Shown here one piece after another: positions 24,723 through 38,282 of a stretch of 64,000 nt of DNA; within the stretch, counting starts at the first letter, position 1, and every line of letters starts with the position of its first letter. The notes beneath the pieces are model-generated. The model had not been told where the DNA came from. It was given only the letters and a program-made list of their open reading frames with translations, and did no database searches. This DNA comes from Octopus vulgaris (Eukaryota), in assembly GCA_951406725.2 (NCBI GenBank), contig OX597836.1, forward strand, positions 49,786,001 through 49,850,000. Direction: 5' to 3'. A program made the translations under genes and the position numbers.

Positions 24723-24961
24723 CTTGTGCTTGCTGTTGGTCAATAATAAACCAGCAATGCAGTTGTTGAAGAGCAGCCCTGAAATGATAATTAGACCTCC
24801 ACGCCAGGTATAATATTCGGTCAAGATCTGCATTATCTTGGACAAACCAAATATTCCACATGTGAATCCGACGCTGATCAGTGCGTTAGGTATGCGCACA
24901 CTCTCGAAGTGTTGTCCAATCGCAATAAAGATTGATACATACGCTAGACAGGCACCGGTCC
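24723..24961 (-). CDS. MCT-like gene, 239-nt exon (TM4 end to TM6)
   Basis: Acceptor CCTGCAG|GG, donor CACAAG|GTCAGT; encodes GTGACLAYVSIFIAIGQHFESVRIPNALISVG...YYTWRGGLIIISGLLFNNCIAGLLL, typical MCT TM4-6. Confidence 0.92.
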
Positions 24962-25083
24962 CTGCAGGACGATAAATAAAATAAAAACAAAATTAGAAAA
25001 TTACATTCGTGGTTGTTGTTGTTGTTGTTGTTGTTGTTGCTGCTGCTGCTGCTGCTGCTGAGCTGTCAGAATCATTAGCGCAA

Positions 25084-25302
25084 CAGGTGGCGATCTGGCA
25101 GAAACGTTAGCATGCCAGGCGAAATGCTTAGCAGTATTTCGTCTGCCGTTACGTTCTGAGTTCAAATTCCGCCGAGGTCGACTTTGCCTTTCATCCTTTC
25201 GGGGTCGATAAATTAAGTACCAGTTACGCACTGGGGTCGATGTAATCGACTTTATCCCTTTGTATGTCCTATGTTTAGCCCTTTGTGGGCAACAAAGAAA
25301 TA
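25084..25302 (+). mobile_element. SINE family C with 16-bp target-site duplication
   Basis: AGAATCATTAGCGCAA at 25068-25083 and 25303-25318; GAGTTCAAATTCC B-box; an older related copy continues at 25320-25430 and another lies at 59205-59340. Confidence 0.85.
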
Positions 25303-26359
25303 AGAATCATTAGCGCAATGGACATATGTTTGGCAACGTTTCTTTTAGCTTTGCGTTCTGAGTTTAAAAGCAGCTGAGGTCAACTTTGCCTTTCAACCTT
25401 TCGAGGTCGAGGAAATAAGTATAAGTCACCCATTTGTCTACTGCGAGAAATTTTCGCCATGACAATATGCAGTGAATCGCTTTCGAACAGGTTCGAATAT
25501 GCTTCAGCCATATTTGAACGGGGAATAAGTATTAGTATTCTTAGTACTTCTTTTCTATTTTTTTTTGTTTTGTTTTTACGGCCGAGTCGCCGAGCAGCGC
25601 AACTAGCTGCAGTACGCTGACTGGAATACAATAAGGGAAATCTATGTCTTGTCAGTCCGTAGTATCTTCCACTGTTTGAGGCTGAAGTGGAGATTACTAT
25701 TCTGAAATGCATGCATCCATCATTCGGGGAAAAGAGGCACTACTAAGTGTTTGCCCGAACAAACACTGAAATTCTATATATTGTTGAGAATCGGCTGGTA
25801 AGCAACTACCAGATGTCTGCCACTGAGAAGATCGTGTAAGTCGAAATCACATGATCTGGCTATCAGCGCCCTTAGCAGACGATTTTCGCCGGCAGACGAT
25901 ATAAATATGTGTAGTTTTAAATACCATGCGTCCATATGAAAGAGCCTATCAAAGTAAATAACCCAGTATTCGGCATTCTAACAAAATGTCCACGTTAAGT
26001 TGGATATAAAGTTTGCCTTTTATATACATATATATCTGTGTGTGTGTGTGTGTGTGTGCGCGCGCTTCTGTGTTTGGCTTTATGTCAGTATGCTCAGCAC
26101 TCCTGTCACAAATGTGGGAGCAATACTCCGTTGTGGGTCCCGGCCGATCTTTGTAGAGGGTCGGCAATGATTTGGTGTTGGGTGCTGAAGTATAAAGGTC
26201 AGCTGAAAAGTTTACCAGGATACTATCATGGAATGTGTTGTGGAAGGATTCCGACCATCCCCAAGTGACTAAAGGTGGACTGAGTCATTGTTATAAAGTA
26301 AAGAACTGTGGGCGATTGGCAGCTCGGATTGGTAAGCAGTTCACTGTGAGCCTTTCATT

Positions 26360-27440
26360 GAGAGCGTTGAGTTTCGTGTAATCGTATTGCATCGTGTAAA
26401 TATTTCTTTCCTCCCTGTTTCACTAAATTCTACATCCAACACCAGAACATAAAAGAATGTGATAAACTGAAGCTTATTTTTCAACAAATCCCCCTCCTGT
26501 GCTCCACCTACTTCTTTCGTGGGTATTGCAGTGTTTGCTTTCATCCTGTTGGTATAAGATGTCATCAACAGCAGATATGACATCATCATCATCATTGTGA
26601 TGCTCGTTTCCAGCCAAGTGTTGTTGGTTTTTATATGTTGGCAAATAGATGCCAGTCAGACGGGGCCAAATCAGGACAATAGGGAGATCAACAAGCTCAA
26701 AGTCACTGTTATACACAGCAGCCATTGAGACGAACGACTTGCGTGTATGCTGCAGCATTGTCCTGGTGAAATATGGATTGTTTCTTTGTCTCTGGCTCAA
26801 AGTGATGAAGCTAACACTCTTGCGATAGGAAACGTTCTAAGGAAACGGCTGTATCTTCCTCAGATAATGTCAAATTTTGCCGTAATGTGATCGGCCTGGT
26901 GCGCTTTTGACCAGACATCAGAAGATATGGCACCCCCGAGCAGAAATCTTCGTTATGCCAAGTCTATCGTGCAGAATATTCTCAACTTTCTAACAAGATA
27001 TGCTAGTAGCATTGGTTATTTGATTTATAGTCAATCGCCTGTCATCTCTCACCATATGGTGAACCTGATCAATGTTTTCCTCGATTGTGACAGTTGCAAA
27101 ACGTCTAGACCTTGAGTCACTTCCTCTCCTAACATCAGTTGCCCACTTTTGCACTGTTGATGAAACTGGGTTGTCATCCCCTAATGTAGAAACCATGTCA
27201 GCATGAAAGTCGTTGGAGGCTAAACCCTTTTTTCCGCAGGTGCTTGTTAGCACAACAATGTCAAATTTTGTCAATTTTCAAGAGAAATCTCAGCTAGCTA
27301 CTTTTGAAGTCTTCTTTGAACAGTCAGGTGTCAGTTTACCTGGAAAGAAACAATGCAGTTATTAATAAGAAGAGTTGAAACTGATGCATGCAAGATGTCC
27401 AAGCTCTACAATCACTTCTTCATCGTCAGCCTCTGGACCG
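26360..27440 (-). mobile_element. Decayed mariner transposon
   Basis: HADMVSTLGDD..STVQKW HTH, DRRLTINQI, HQDNA and YSPDLAPSD-like (CCTGATTTGGCCCCGTCTGAC) motifs in broken frames. Confidence 0.75.
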
Positions 27441-27810
27441 TTCTCGTATTTTCTGATTCTGAAGCAAAAAGGCAATAGTTGAGACGCGACTCCGGCTCTG
27501 TTAAGGAAGTGCTTTTACCTTTTGGAGTGATTGAGTTCTGTGGAGCAACTTCTTAATCGATAAAATCATTTTTAAAATGCTAGGAGCAAGCATGGCTGTG
27601 CAGCTCGCTTGCAGCAACGTAATTTCCGCGGTGGTTGATAAATCGATTTAACTTTTGTTGACATCCCGGTACCTTAGCGGTTCGGAATAGACACCGGTCG
27701 AAGGAGTTGCAAACTTAATAAAATAAGTGCGGTATCTCTCGATGGCTGCACGCCGACGGTTGAAACAAGTAAAAGATAAAATGTAAAAGAAACCATTGGA
27801 TTGTACATAC

Positions 27811-27954
27811 CAGCGAGCACACCGAGAGGTCCAATAAGAAAATACGGACTGTTGGCAAAGGAAGATACGAAAACACCGATCATTTCAAGGAGTCCACCAA
27901 TCATTATTGTGTAGCGTGTTCCAATCTTGTTGACCATGGCGGTGCACAAAATTC
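27811..27954 (-). CDS. MCT-like gene, 144-nt exon (TM2 end to TM4)
   Basis: Acceptor CATTTCAAG|GA, donor GCTG|GTATGT; phase 1-1; encodes GILCTAMVNKIGTRYTIMIGGLLEMIGVFVSSFANSPYFLIGPLGVLAG, containing the MFS loop 2-3 motif. Confidence 0.92.
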
Positions 27955-28839
27955 CTTGAAATGGAAGAATTACAAAACTTGTACAAATCAAAAATGGTTT
28001 TCATCAATATATTAATTACGATTCAACCAACAAATTTATTTCCATTCCGTTGTTCCGTGCTAAACTTCACTTTCTTTCTTTCTTTCTTTTTTTTCTTTTC
28101 TTTTCTTTTTTAATCTCTCTTCTCTTTCCCTCACCGTTTCTCCCTCTCCGTACAAGGCATATCAAAATTAATTCGAATAGTTTCGCCTGCTATTTACCAG
28201 CTCATCAAGAGTATTTACTTTGTCCGTTTTAACAGGGAGAGAGAGAAAGAGACAGATAGACAGGCAGGCAGGCAGGGGGACGGAGAGGAAGAAAGAAGGG
28301 AAGGGGAAGAGAGAATAATAACACACAGCAATTCATACAAATTCTATGAAGAGCAGATTTTGCCGATTCGCAACTCAGTCCATTCATCGGTGATTCCTAC
28401 AATATTTGATAGCGAAAAAGACACACATGTATATTAGATGCACCACATTCTCAGCAGCAGACAATCAGAGGAGAAAGTTTTTACGGCATTAAAGCATGTA
28501 AAATAGGTCCAGATTCACATTTAGGAGCCGGGGTGATTGCTTCTTTTTTTTAGACCGTTTTTGAAAATAGAGCGTTTTATACGACATCAAATACGGGGAT
28601 TATTGATGCAGTAACTATGCATGCGTGCGTGCGTGTGTGTAAATTGTTGATAAAAAGAAACCACGCAAGATGTCGGCGTCTCACAGAGGGCAATATTAAG
28701 CGCAACAATTTGACTTCTACTTTGCCAGATGTCATTCAGCCACTCTTTTAGTTATCAAAATTAACTGAGATAATGTAAACGGAAGAAAACTGAAACAAGC
28801 CCAGTGTGTGTGTGTGGTGAATAGTAGCAGGCATCCGTC

Positions 28840-29705
28840 GGTCTCGAGAAGCCATGGATCTGCGCCACTGCATTTGAAGGAGCTCTCTGTCGGCGCTACT
28901 AATTTTTCCTTCCGTCCAGTGTGGTTCCTGATTTTCTTCCGCTCTCTTCATTCTCTTTCGCAGTGTTTGCCTCCAGTGTGGGCAATCATTTACAACCTGA
29001 TCCCATCTCAGGACGTCCAGATCAAGCGATTTCCTATCCCTTTTACAGACGTCTTTGAAACGAAGATGAGGTTGTCTTCGTGTTCTTGTGCCGGTGGCCA
29101 ATTCCCCATACAGGAGGTATTTTGGGATCCTTCCGTCTGGCAAGCGATGAACATGACCAGCGCAAATGACGCTGCTGAAGCAAGATATGTATGTTGAGTA
29201 TGTTGTTGAGGACTTCGCTGTTGGTGATGTGGTTGGTCCACTTGATGTCCAAGATGCGTACGCCTCACTTTCGTGAAGTAGCGTGCTAAGGACGCACGCC
29301 TTATGGACAGCAATTTTGGTGTTTACAGCCCCACCCCCAGATTCTCTTTGTGAGTCTGGCAAATGCGGAGGATGCTTGTTCGATTTGCTTGTTGATCTCA
29401 GGGTCCAGGGAGAGATCATCAGCGTTGGTAGCGCCGAGGTAGGTGAATTAATGGACTACCTCCAGCTTGTAGTTGTTGATGGTGATGGCGGGGGGGGGGG
29501 CGTGCTTGGATCTTCTTCAGACTGAGAGTCAAAAGCTGAATTCCTGACAGGCCTTTGAAAGCCTCAGGTGCTGCATTGGTTCTTCAGAGTGCACTGCCAG
29601 TGCTGCATCAGCTGCGAACAGTATTTCTCTGACGAGCACCTCGACCACCAAGGATTTTGCTTTCAGTTTGAGGAATGAGGTTGAAAAGACCAAACTTCTC
29701 ATCTG
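28840..29705 (-). mobile_element. RTE LINE 3' fragment
   Basis: LFAADAAL, TKIAVHKACVLSTLL, GHVHRLPDGRIPKYLLYGEL..RFKDVCKRD motifs; homologous to the C-terminus of the 7589-10321 protein. Confidence 0.85.
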
Positions 29706-29765
29706 AGCATCTTCTCAGATTCGTATTCTTCGGCAGAGGTATTAAAAATCGAGTATATATATATG

Positions 29766-29798
<33 letters not shown>

Positions 29799-29800
29799 TA

Positions 29801-30174
29801 CTCTTTTACTTGTTTCAGTCATTTGACTGTGGCCATGCTGGAGCACCGCCTTTAGTCGAGCAAATCGACCCTAGGACTTATTCTTTGTATGCCTAGTACT
29901 TATTCTATCGAACCGCTAATGTTACGGGGACGTAAACACGCCAGCATCGGTTGTCAAGCGATGTTGGGGGAAAAACACAGACACACAAACGTATACGCAC
30001 ACACAAACATATATATATATATATATATCTACATATATACGACGAACTTCTTTCAGCTTCCGTCTACCAAATCCACTCACAAGGCTTTATTCAGCCTGAG
30101 GCTATAGTAGAGACACTTGCCCAAGGTCTGGAACCATGTGGTTGGTAAGCAAACTACTTACCACACAGCCACTT
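29801..30174 (-). mobile_element. tRNA-derived SINE, family A (internal deletions)
   Basis: Matches 2966-3383. Confidence 0.85.
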
Positions 30175-30185
30175 CTACTTCTACA

Positions 30186-30349
<164 letters not shown>

Positions 30350-31074
30350 GAAGCACTCCGTCGGTTACGACGATGACGGTTCCGGTCGTGAAATTAACGT
30401 GTAAGTGGCTGAGCACCCCACAGACACGTGTACCGTTAACGTAGTTCTCGGGGATATTCAGCGTGACACAGAGAGTGACAAGCCGGCCCCTTGAAATACA
30501 GGTACAACAGAAACAGGAAGTAAGAGTGAGAGAAAGTTGTGGTGAAAGAGTACAGCAGGGATCACCACCATCCCCTGCCGGAGACTCGTGGATTTTGTTG
30601 AATTTTCTGCTGCTTTAAATAAAGTATATATATATATATATATATATATAACAAAACAGGAATCTGGAAAGTTTTTGGTATAATCTATTCACCATTTCAC
30701 ATGACTCATTTACTAAAAGGAACCATATAATTGTACATGCTGGATAAACATGTAAGAAATGTTTTATTAGAAATCCTTCAGACAGGGAATCAAATTTTGC
30801 AAAATTTACATTTGGATGAATCATTTCTAATAGGAAATTCCTTTCATGTTTATCTAACATGTCCAGTTTTGTGATTCTTATTAGCAAATGGAACATGTGT
30901 AATGATGAAGAGACAATACAAAAAATCCTCCAGAATTTTCATCTCTAATATGAACGTCACATGAATGCAAATATGACTGCATTTACATACTGGATTGTAA
31001 AACTGGAATAAATCGATGTGCTTCAAGAGGACACAGCTTGGAGTTTTCCATGCCTACATGATTATATGTGTGTG

Positions 31075-31146
<72 letters not shown>

Positions 31147-31284
31147 TATGTATATATATATATGCATATTTATGTATGTCATTATTTAGTTTTATTTCAA
31201 AATTTTTTGCCAATGGAGAAAGAATTGGTTTCTAACTTAGATCCAAGGCTCCTTCATTGGAATTTCAACATCAACATATTTTTG

Positions 31285-32565
31285 TTTGCATGCATGCATG
31301 TATGTATGTATGTATGTATGTGTGTATGTATGTATGTATGTATGTATGTATGTATGTATGTATGTATGTATGTATGTATGTATGTATGTATGTATGTTAT
31401 GTCTGTAGACATGCATGCATGTATGTATGTATGTATGTATGTATGTATGTATGTATGTATGTATGTATGTATGTATGCATGCATGCATGTATGTATGTAT
31501 GTATGTATGTATGTATGTATGTATGTATGTATGTATGTATGTATGTATGTATTCTCATACATAGAGTTATATATCTAGACATGCTCATATATATTGGGTT
31601 GTCCGGAAAGTTCGTGCCGATTTATAATAGCTTACCTTTCGACTTATTTTAGAACGTGGTTGAGTCCATAAAATAGGATTTTACTACACCTCCATTTAGA
31701 TCACAGTTTAAGCTATTTTTTTGTGGAAGAAGGTTTATGTTCCTTTAACCTGTGTTAATTCTGTAACCTTCTAAAATGGAAGATAAGAAAGTTCCTTTTC
31801 GGCACTTGACGCTTTGGGAACTAGACAAAAATTGCTACACTTCGGCCGGGATGTGTTACGCCACCCTCCATATTCACCAGATATTGCCTCTTCGGATTTC
31901 CACTTATTCAGGTCTCTGCAGAATAGCCTTAATGGTAAAAATTTCAATTCCTTGGATGACGTAAAAAGATACCTTGATGAATTCTTTGCCATGAAACCAC
32001 CTCAATTCTGGGAAGAGGGTTTTTTCAAGTTAAAGGAAAGAGGGAGACGCATTGTGCAACAAAATGGTTCATATTTGGTTGATTAGAAATGTAATGGCAA
32101 GTATTTATTGACCTTTTTCTTTCCTTTAAAAATCGGCATGGACTTTCCGGACAACCCAATATTTAAATGATAAACCTCTGGAAAGTTTTACAGATTTTTA
32201 CAGTTCCAGTGATGGATTGGATCTGTTGTCCTCGAATTAGCTTTCTCCTTTCTGGTTTTGAGAAGCCTAATTTCTCGTATGTATGTATGTATGTATGTAT
32301 GTATGTATGTATGTATGTATGTATGTATGTATGTATGTATGTATGTATGTATGTATGTACGTACGTACGTACGTACGTACGTACGTATGTATGTATGTAT
32401 GTATGTATGTATGTATGTATGTATTATGTATGTATGTATGTATGTATGTATGTACGTACGTATGTATGTATGTATGTATGTATGTATGTATGTATGTATT
32501 ATGTATGTATGTATGTATGTATGTATGTATGTATGTATGTATGTATGTATGTATGTATGTATGTG
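31285..32565. repeat. Long (TATG)n microsatellite tracts (31285-31551 and 32277-32565)
   Basis: Direct reading; representative of dozens of (TA)n, (TG)n, (TATG)n, (GA)n, (TAA)n and (GAT)n tracts through the window. Confidence 0.95.
31594..32159 (+). mobile_element. Internally deleted mariner element (MITE-like)
   Basis: TIRs TTGGGTTGTCCGGAAAGTTCGTGCCGATTT / AAATCGGCATGGACTTTCCGGACAACCCAA with TA on each side; N-terminal MEDKK fused to C-terminal HPPYSPDIASSDFHLFRSL. Confidence 0.92.
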
Positions 32566-32691
32566 TGCAAGTATGTATATGTACGTATCTTTTTTATGGT
32601 CGAGTTTTAATAAAAACAATTTTCCATTAAATTGAATGATCACTTATTACTTTGTGTAAAGTATGTATTATCATAATGTTACAAGACTGAT

Positions 32692-32737
32692 GACAGTGAC
32701 TTCGAAATTTCGGCCTGCAGGTCTTCATCGGACTGTC
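32692..32737 (-). ncRNA. Minimal hammerhead motif with mutated core
   Basis: Minus: GACAGT-CCGATGA-AGACCTGCAGGCC-GAAA-TTTCGAAG-TC-ACTGTC; perfect 6-bp stem I, core U4 replaced by C. Confidence 0.55.
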
Positions 32738-33224
32738 CAATGAAGGTTAACAGACTGAAACACTTCATTTCATATATGTATGTGCTCATGTGTGTGTGTG
32801 TCCTGGTCTTTATATTACCTGGTTGTTGTAAACGAACGTCACTATCATAAATGCAATGTCATTCATTTTCAATATTCTACGACAACATGTCAGTGGGGAA
32901 TGAATCACTCCACTTGGAAACAGATGAGGGCAACTAAACATAGAAAATCTGCCGCAGCGTGTTCCGTCTGACCCATGCAAATATGGAAGAGCAGGTGTGA
33001 AAATAAGGAGACTGATGTTATCTGATGTAGATTGCAAAGTTAATCTTGTGAGCAAAAATGATTTGTACTGCATTTTTGTCACATCATATTTCCTCATCAG
33101 CAAATTTTTTACTGTGGTTCCAAGTTCCTAACATGATTTAAAAAATTTTCATATCACTAAAACCTGCAAATTTATTGGAATGACTTTGACGAAAGGTTGG
33201 TTCTTGTCCAAGATTACCATTTCT

Positions 33225-33625
33225 GTGTGCTTGAGCAAGAGAGAATTCAGATACGTATCTCCGCTGTGCCTCATTTCTAATAGAGCGGACGAAACTATTG
33301 TCCATATCTTGAACGAATGCTCTAGACTTGCCCAAAACCACTACAAGTTGTGGCGAAACGATGAAGTACCAAAAGTGCTACATTGGAAACTGTGCAAAAA
33401 GTGGGGCTAGAGAGAGACAAGACGTGGTATGAGCACAAAACGCAGAGAATGGCGGAGTCAGAGACTTCTCTGGGAATTCCCAATCCAAATAGATCAGGTG
33501 CTAGAGCATAACAGACCGGACCTGGGGGTGGGGGTGGACAAGGTGCACCACATATGCTATATATTTGTCGTTGCATGCCCCTTTGATCCACGAATAGTCA
33601 ACAAGGAAGGTGAAAAGATAGATAC
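33225..33625 (+). mobile_element. Older RLE-type (R4/Dong-like) LINE 3' fragment
   Basis: DETIVHILNEC zinc knuckle, LHWKLCKK, LLWEFPIQ..HNRPDL..VACPFD..KEGEKID restriction-like endonuclease motifs. Confidence 0.75.
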
Positions 33626-33639
33626 AACCCTCTATGAAA

Positions 33640-36600
33640 ATAATAATAATTATTATAGTAACAATTAATGATACATCTGGTGATGGTGTCACAATAAAAA
33701 CACTGGTAATTGCGCAACTTGATAATCACAACCTCATATGAGTGACAATGAAAAAACACAATTTTGTGAATAATAGTGGTAATGAAACTGAAGCCAGTGA
33801 TGATGACAGTGTTGCATCCGGCAGGCTCAGAGATTCTGTTTCGGCTCCAGCCTGTCTATATCTGGAAAGGAACCACCACACACGGCGTAGATGGAGCAAG
33901 CAAATTAATGCTATGGTCATAGAGTGTTACTACCTGAGCAGCCCAGTAGATGGAAATGGTGCTCAAATTAGGGGTTACCGACAACATATATATGATCATT
34001 GGAGAGAAAAGGGATTGCTTCAACTCACAGAACAGAGACTGTGATCAAGCTAGAGTAATAAGAAAAACATTGTTGGTTCACAGAAGTAGAGCTCGAAGCT
34101 ATCAAAAGACGGTTATTGGAAAATAGCAGCAGAGATAATGATGAAAATACATTTCTTACTAATAAAAGTAATCTCATAGCACAGGAAAGGACCAGTGGTA
34201 GTTTACTTGATGAGAGACATATAGATGATCTGAAAGAAGACAATAAAACTAATGGCGACCTGACAGATGAACAGAAGGAAATCTACGATAGAATAAAGGC
34301 AAGACTACAGGAGAACGATAGCAACATTATTTACAACTTTAACATCACAGAAACAAATAATTTGATCAAGGCAGCAAGTACTGTTGTAGCAGAAAACGTG
34401 GGTGTTGATGACAAGAAAAAGAAACATAATGGGAGTGACAAAAGAAAAGATCGATGGTGGAAAAGAAGAATCCTGGCAGGGTTAGATATGCTCTCGAAGG
34501 ACATTTCTGTGTTTGACCGAAAAGAAAAAGGGGAGCTTAAAAGCAAGCAAAAATACAGGGCACTGAAAAGGAGGTAGAATATTGAAAGAAAGGGCCTAAA
34601 AGTGGTAATAGAGGAACTAAAATAGCGCCTCGTTGCAAAGAAAGTAAAGATGGTAATATAAAGCCAAAGAATGAAGGGTTACCAGCAGAATAGGTTATTC
34701 AGAGTAGATTAGAAGAGATTCTATAAAGAAATAAATGGAGTGCACAGATGAAAAGTTGTTACCAGATAACATTGAAAGTCAAAAGTTTTGGAGTGACATC
34801 TGGAGCAAAGACAAGGAGCACAAGAAGGATGCTGAATGGTTGCAAGAACTGAAACAAATAATAGTCTGTCCAAAACAGGTAGAACTATTCATTTCAGTTA
34901 GGGAAGTGAAGGAAATCAGCAAAAAAATGAGCAACTGAAAGGCCCCAGGTCCAGATGGAGATCAAGGCTACTGGATTTGGTGAATGTCATGCACGAACAG
35001 CTGCGCAACTCAACACCTTGTTAAATGGGTAGGACAGTGCTGTGCCTGAAAAACATCGAAAAAAGCAATACGGTAGACAATTACAGGTCGATATCCTGTT
35101 TGCCACTTATGTGGAAATAATTGACTGGAATACTCGCAGAGTCAATGTATGAACATCTGGAAAAAAATGGAATCCTGCCACATGAGCAGATAGGTTGCAA
35201 GCGTAAGTGCAGAGGTACCAAGGATCAACTCCTGATAGACAAAACTGTACTTAGAGACTGCAAGAGGAGGAAAAGTAACTTAGCCATGTTATGGATTGAT
35301 TATCGTAAGGCGTACGATATGATCCCACATTCTTGGATTATGGAGTGTATGAACCTATTTGGTATTTCATCGAATGTTGAGCAATTGCTTGGAAAAAGTA
35401 TGGCGAATTGGAAGACGGACCTGACAGCATAGGAAGAAGTTTAGGGACAGTAGAAATTAGGAGGGGTATCTTCCAAGGAGACTGCTTTCCCCCACTGATG
35501 TTAGTACTCTGCTTGATACCACTAACACTGATTCTGAGGAAAGCAAAAGCTGGGTACGTATTCAAAAGCTGCCGACAAAAAGTCAACTACTTGTTATTCA
35601 TGAATGACCTCAAACTTTATGGTAAAGATGAAGCCCAGGTCAGTTCCCTCGTTGATATGGCGTATACCTTCAGTGCTGATATCAGAATGGAGTTCAGACT
35701 GAGAAAGTGTGGTGTGTTAGTCTTGAAGAGAGGCAAAATCAAATGTATGGACGGGCTAACGATATCGTCACAGGAGGTTATGAAGCAGATAGAAGAGACG
35801 GGCTATAAGCACTTGGGGATTTTGGAAATGGATAAACTGATGGAGAAAGAAATGCCAGAAAAATTTAAGGTGGAGTAATTGCGCAGACTGAGACTGATCC
35901 TTAAGTCGAAATTCAACGGACGGAATAAGATTGAAGCTATCAACACCTGGGCGGTTTTACTCCTTAGATATGGAGCAAGGGTAATCGCATGGACAGTAGA
36001 CAGCTTAGACAGAAAGACAAGGAAATTGCTAACTGTACTTAGAGACTGCAAGAGGAGGAAAAGTAACTTAGCCATGTTATGGATCGATTATCGTAAGGCT
36101 TACACCCCAAAAGTGACAAAGACAGACTATATGTACCAAGAAAAAGAGGGGGAAGAGGACTTATTGGATACGAACACAGCATTATAGGAGAAGAAAACAA
36201 CATAGCATGGGATGTAAAAAAATGTCACAAAACCGCTATAATTAGAAGTAAGAAGATCAGGCTTGTGTAGGATGAAAAATTGCAAAGATAAAGCACTATA
36301 CAAGCAATTGAAATCCAATGAAACTGAAAATAGGCGGATAAAGAAAAGAATGTATGGTCAATTTCATAGGGATGTTGAAGATAAGACAGACAGAGAAAAA
36401 AGATGGCTGTGGATGACTAAAAGTGATTTAAAACCGGAAAAGGAGGCTCTAATCTGTGCTGCCCAAGAGCAAGCACTAAGAACAAATTACATAAAATACA
36501 GAATAGACAACATATCAGAAAGTGATAAATGCAGAATTTGTGGACAAAATGGTGAAACCGTATGGTATATTACCAGTCAATGTACGCCACTAGCCCAGAA

Positions 36601-37176
36601 GGAATATAAGAGACGCCACGACAAAATAGCGAGTCTTGTCCATTGGACACTTTGCAACAAGTATGGACTTGGCAGAGAAAAAAACTGGTACGACCATAAA
36701 CCTGAAGGCATCATCGAAAATGATAATGCAAAGATTCTGTGAGATTTTATAATTTAGAGCGACCATGTGATAGAGAATATGAAACCAGGCATAGTCTTAA
36801 TTGAGAAAGAAAGCAAACTATGCTGGATCATAGATATAGCATGTCCAGCTAACAACAAGGTATACGATAAGGAAGAAAGAAAAGTCGATAGATATGACAG
36901 GTTAGCTTGGGAAGTTAAGCAGTTGTGGTCAATGAAAAAGGTAGTAGTAGTACCAATAATTGTCGGAGCCCTGGGAACAGTGAGCAAAAATCTTGGGAAG
37001 TACGTGGAACAAATAGGGACTGCAATAAAGGTGGAGCACTTGCAAAAACCAGCACTGATTGGAACCACTCAGATACGCTGAAAGGTGCTCGAAAAATAAG
37101 GGGTGTTACCTTAGTTCACTGGTAGTGAACAGCTAACACTGTAGTACATCTCCAGCGTTAGAAGCTGTGCAAAGGC

Positions 37177-37224
<48 letters not shown>
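33640..37224 (+). mobile_element. R4/Dong-clade non-LTR retrotransposon, near full length, pseudogenised
   Basis: RRRWSK..ECYY N-terminus, [26 protein letters not shown]; CRIC..ETV..ITSQC, RHD, (K)PGIV..IDIACP..KVDRY RLE; (TAA)n tail 37177-37224 and TAA-rich 5' flank; many stops and frameshifts. Confidence 0.92.
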
Positions 37225-37225
<1 letters not shown>

Positions 37226-37998
37226 TGAAAAGGCACACAGCCTGATTATATGATCTCATCAGTTTCATATATTACAAGTGGTGTCATGACAGCTATATTC
37301 TTTGGTAAGGACAAAATGAAGAAACTGGAGATTCCGGAATCTTAAGTACACACAGACAAATCCACCCATCCACCACCACGCACAAACACATACACACACG
37401 TGTGTGCGTGTGCGTATGTACGTGTGTATGTGAGAGAGAGAGCATGTGTATGTGTGTGTGTGTGTGTGTGTGTACTGAGGTAACGGGTGGACGCGCCTGC
37501 AATTAATGTGTGCCGTAAATACATGGGGCAGGGGGCAGGCATTAATAAGGTAAATTGTTGACGCAAGCCTTTCTCACTATGAAGGCAATATTTGCAAATG
37601 CATTTTCACAGCAAAATAAATATTTACATTTAGTAAATATTTTCTTGTCAATGAAACGAAACTTCGCTGACGACATTATGTCTCACTTTACGTTTATTTT
37701 TATATTTTAAATATCAATACGTTTTTGTTTGACTTATTTTCTGTTGATTCACAATGGCTGATTCTTAACTCTTTCTCTAAAACTAGGAAATAATAAACAT
37801 GACAAATATGCAATGCAGGCCACACAACTGTATCTATAGTCTTTTCTTCTTTTTGATATCATTTTACTGTCATGTTTACAATATCACAACTTTGACTATT
37901 TATCAATGTTTATGTTTTAACAATGCAAACTTATGTCACTTACTGCAGTTGCTTATATATATATATATGTGTGTGTGTATGTGTGTGTGTGAGTGTGT

Positions 37999-38282
37999 GT
38001 GGAGAAGCAGTGGCTCAGTGGTTAGGGCAGCAGACTTGCGGTCATAGGATCTCGGTTTCGATTCCCAGACCAGGAGTCGTGAGTGTCTATTGAGCGAAAA
38101 CACCTAAAGCTCCACGAGGCTTCGGCAGGGAGGGTGGCGATCCCTGCTGTACTCTTTCGCCACAACTTTCTCTCACTCTTTCTTCTGTTGGCCAACTCAC
38201 TTAACCAGCGGGGTGGCGTCATTTGAAGGCTAGAACAGTGCGAAGCGCATTGTGACCAGCGATGTATAGCAACATCTGATGT
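37999..38282 (+). mobile_element. tRNA-derived SINE, family D
   Basis: GTGGCTCAGTGGTTAG A box, GGTTTCGATTCCC B box, followed by a non-tRNA body that recurs inverted at about 30505-30590. Confidence 0.8.

Noticed and set aside
25001-25231. Poly-Q ORF
   Set aside because: Antisense reading of a SINE plus a (TTG)n(CTG)n microsatellite in an intron.
30650-30985. Possible exon or transposase remnant (IIVHAG-like motif)
   Set aside because: Stops in the relevant frame and similarity too weak to name.
37999-38075. Possible tRNA gene
   Set aside because: A and B boxes are present but the acceptor stem does not pair properly and a repeated non-tRNA body follows, so it is a SINE head.
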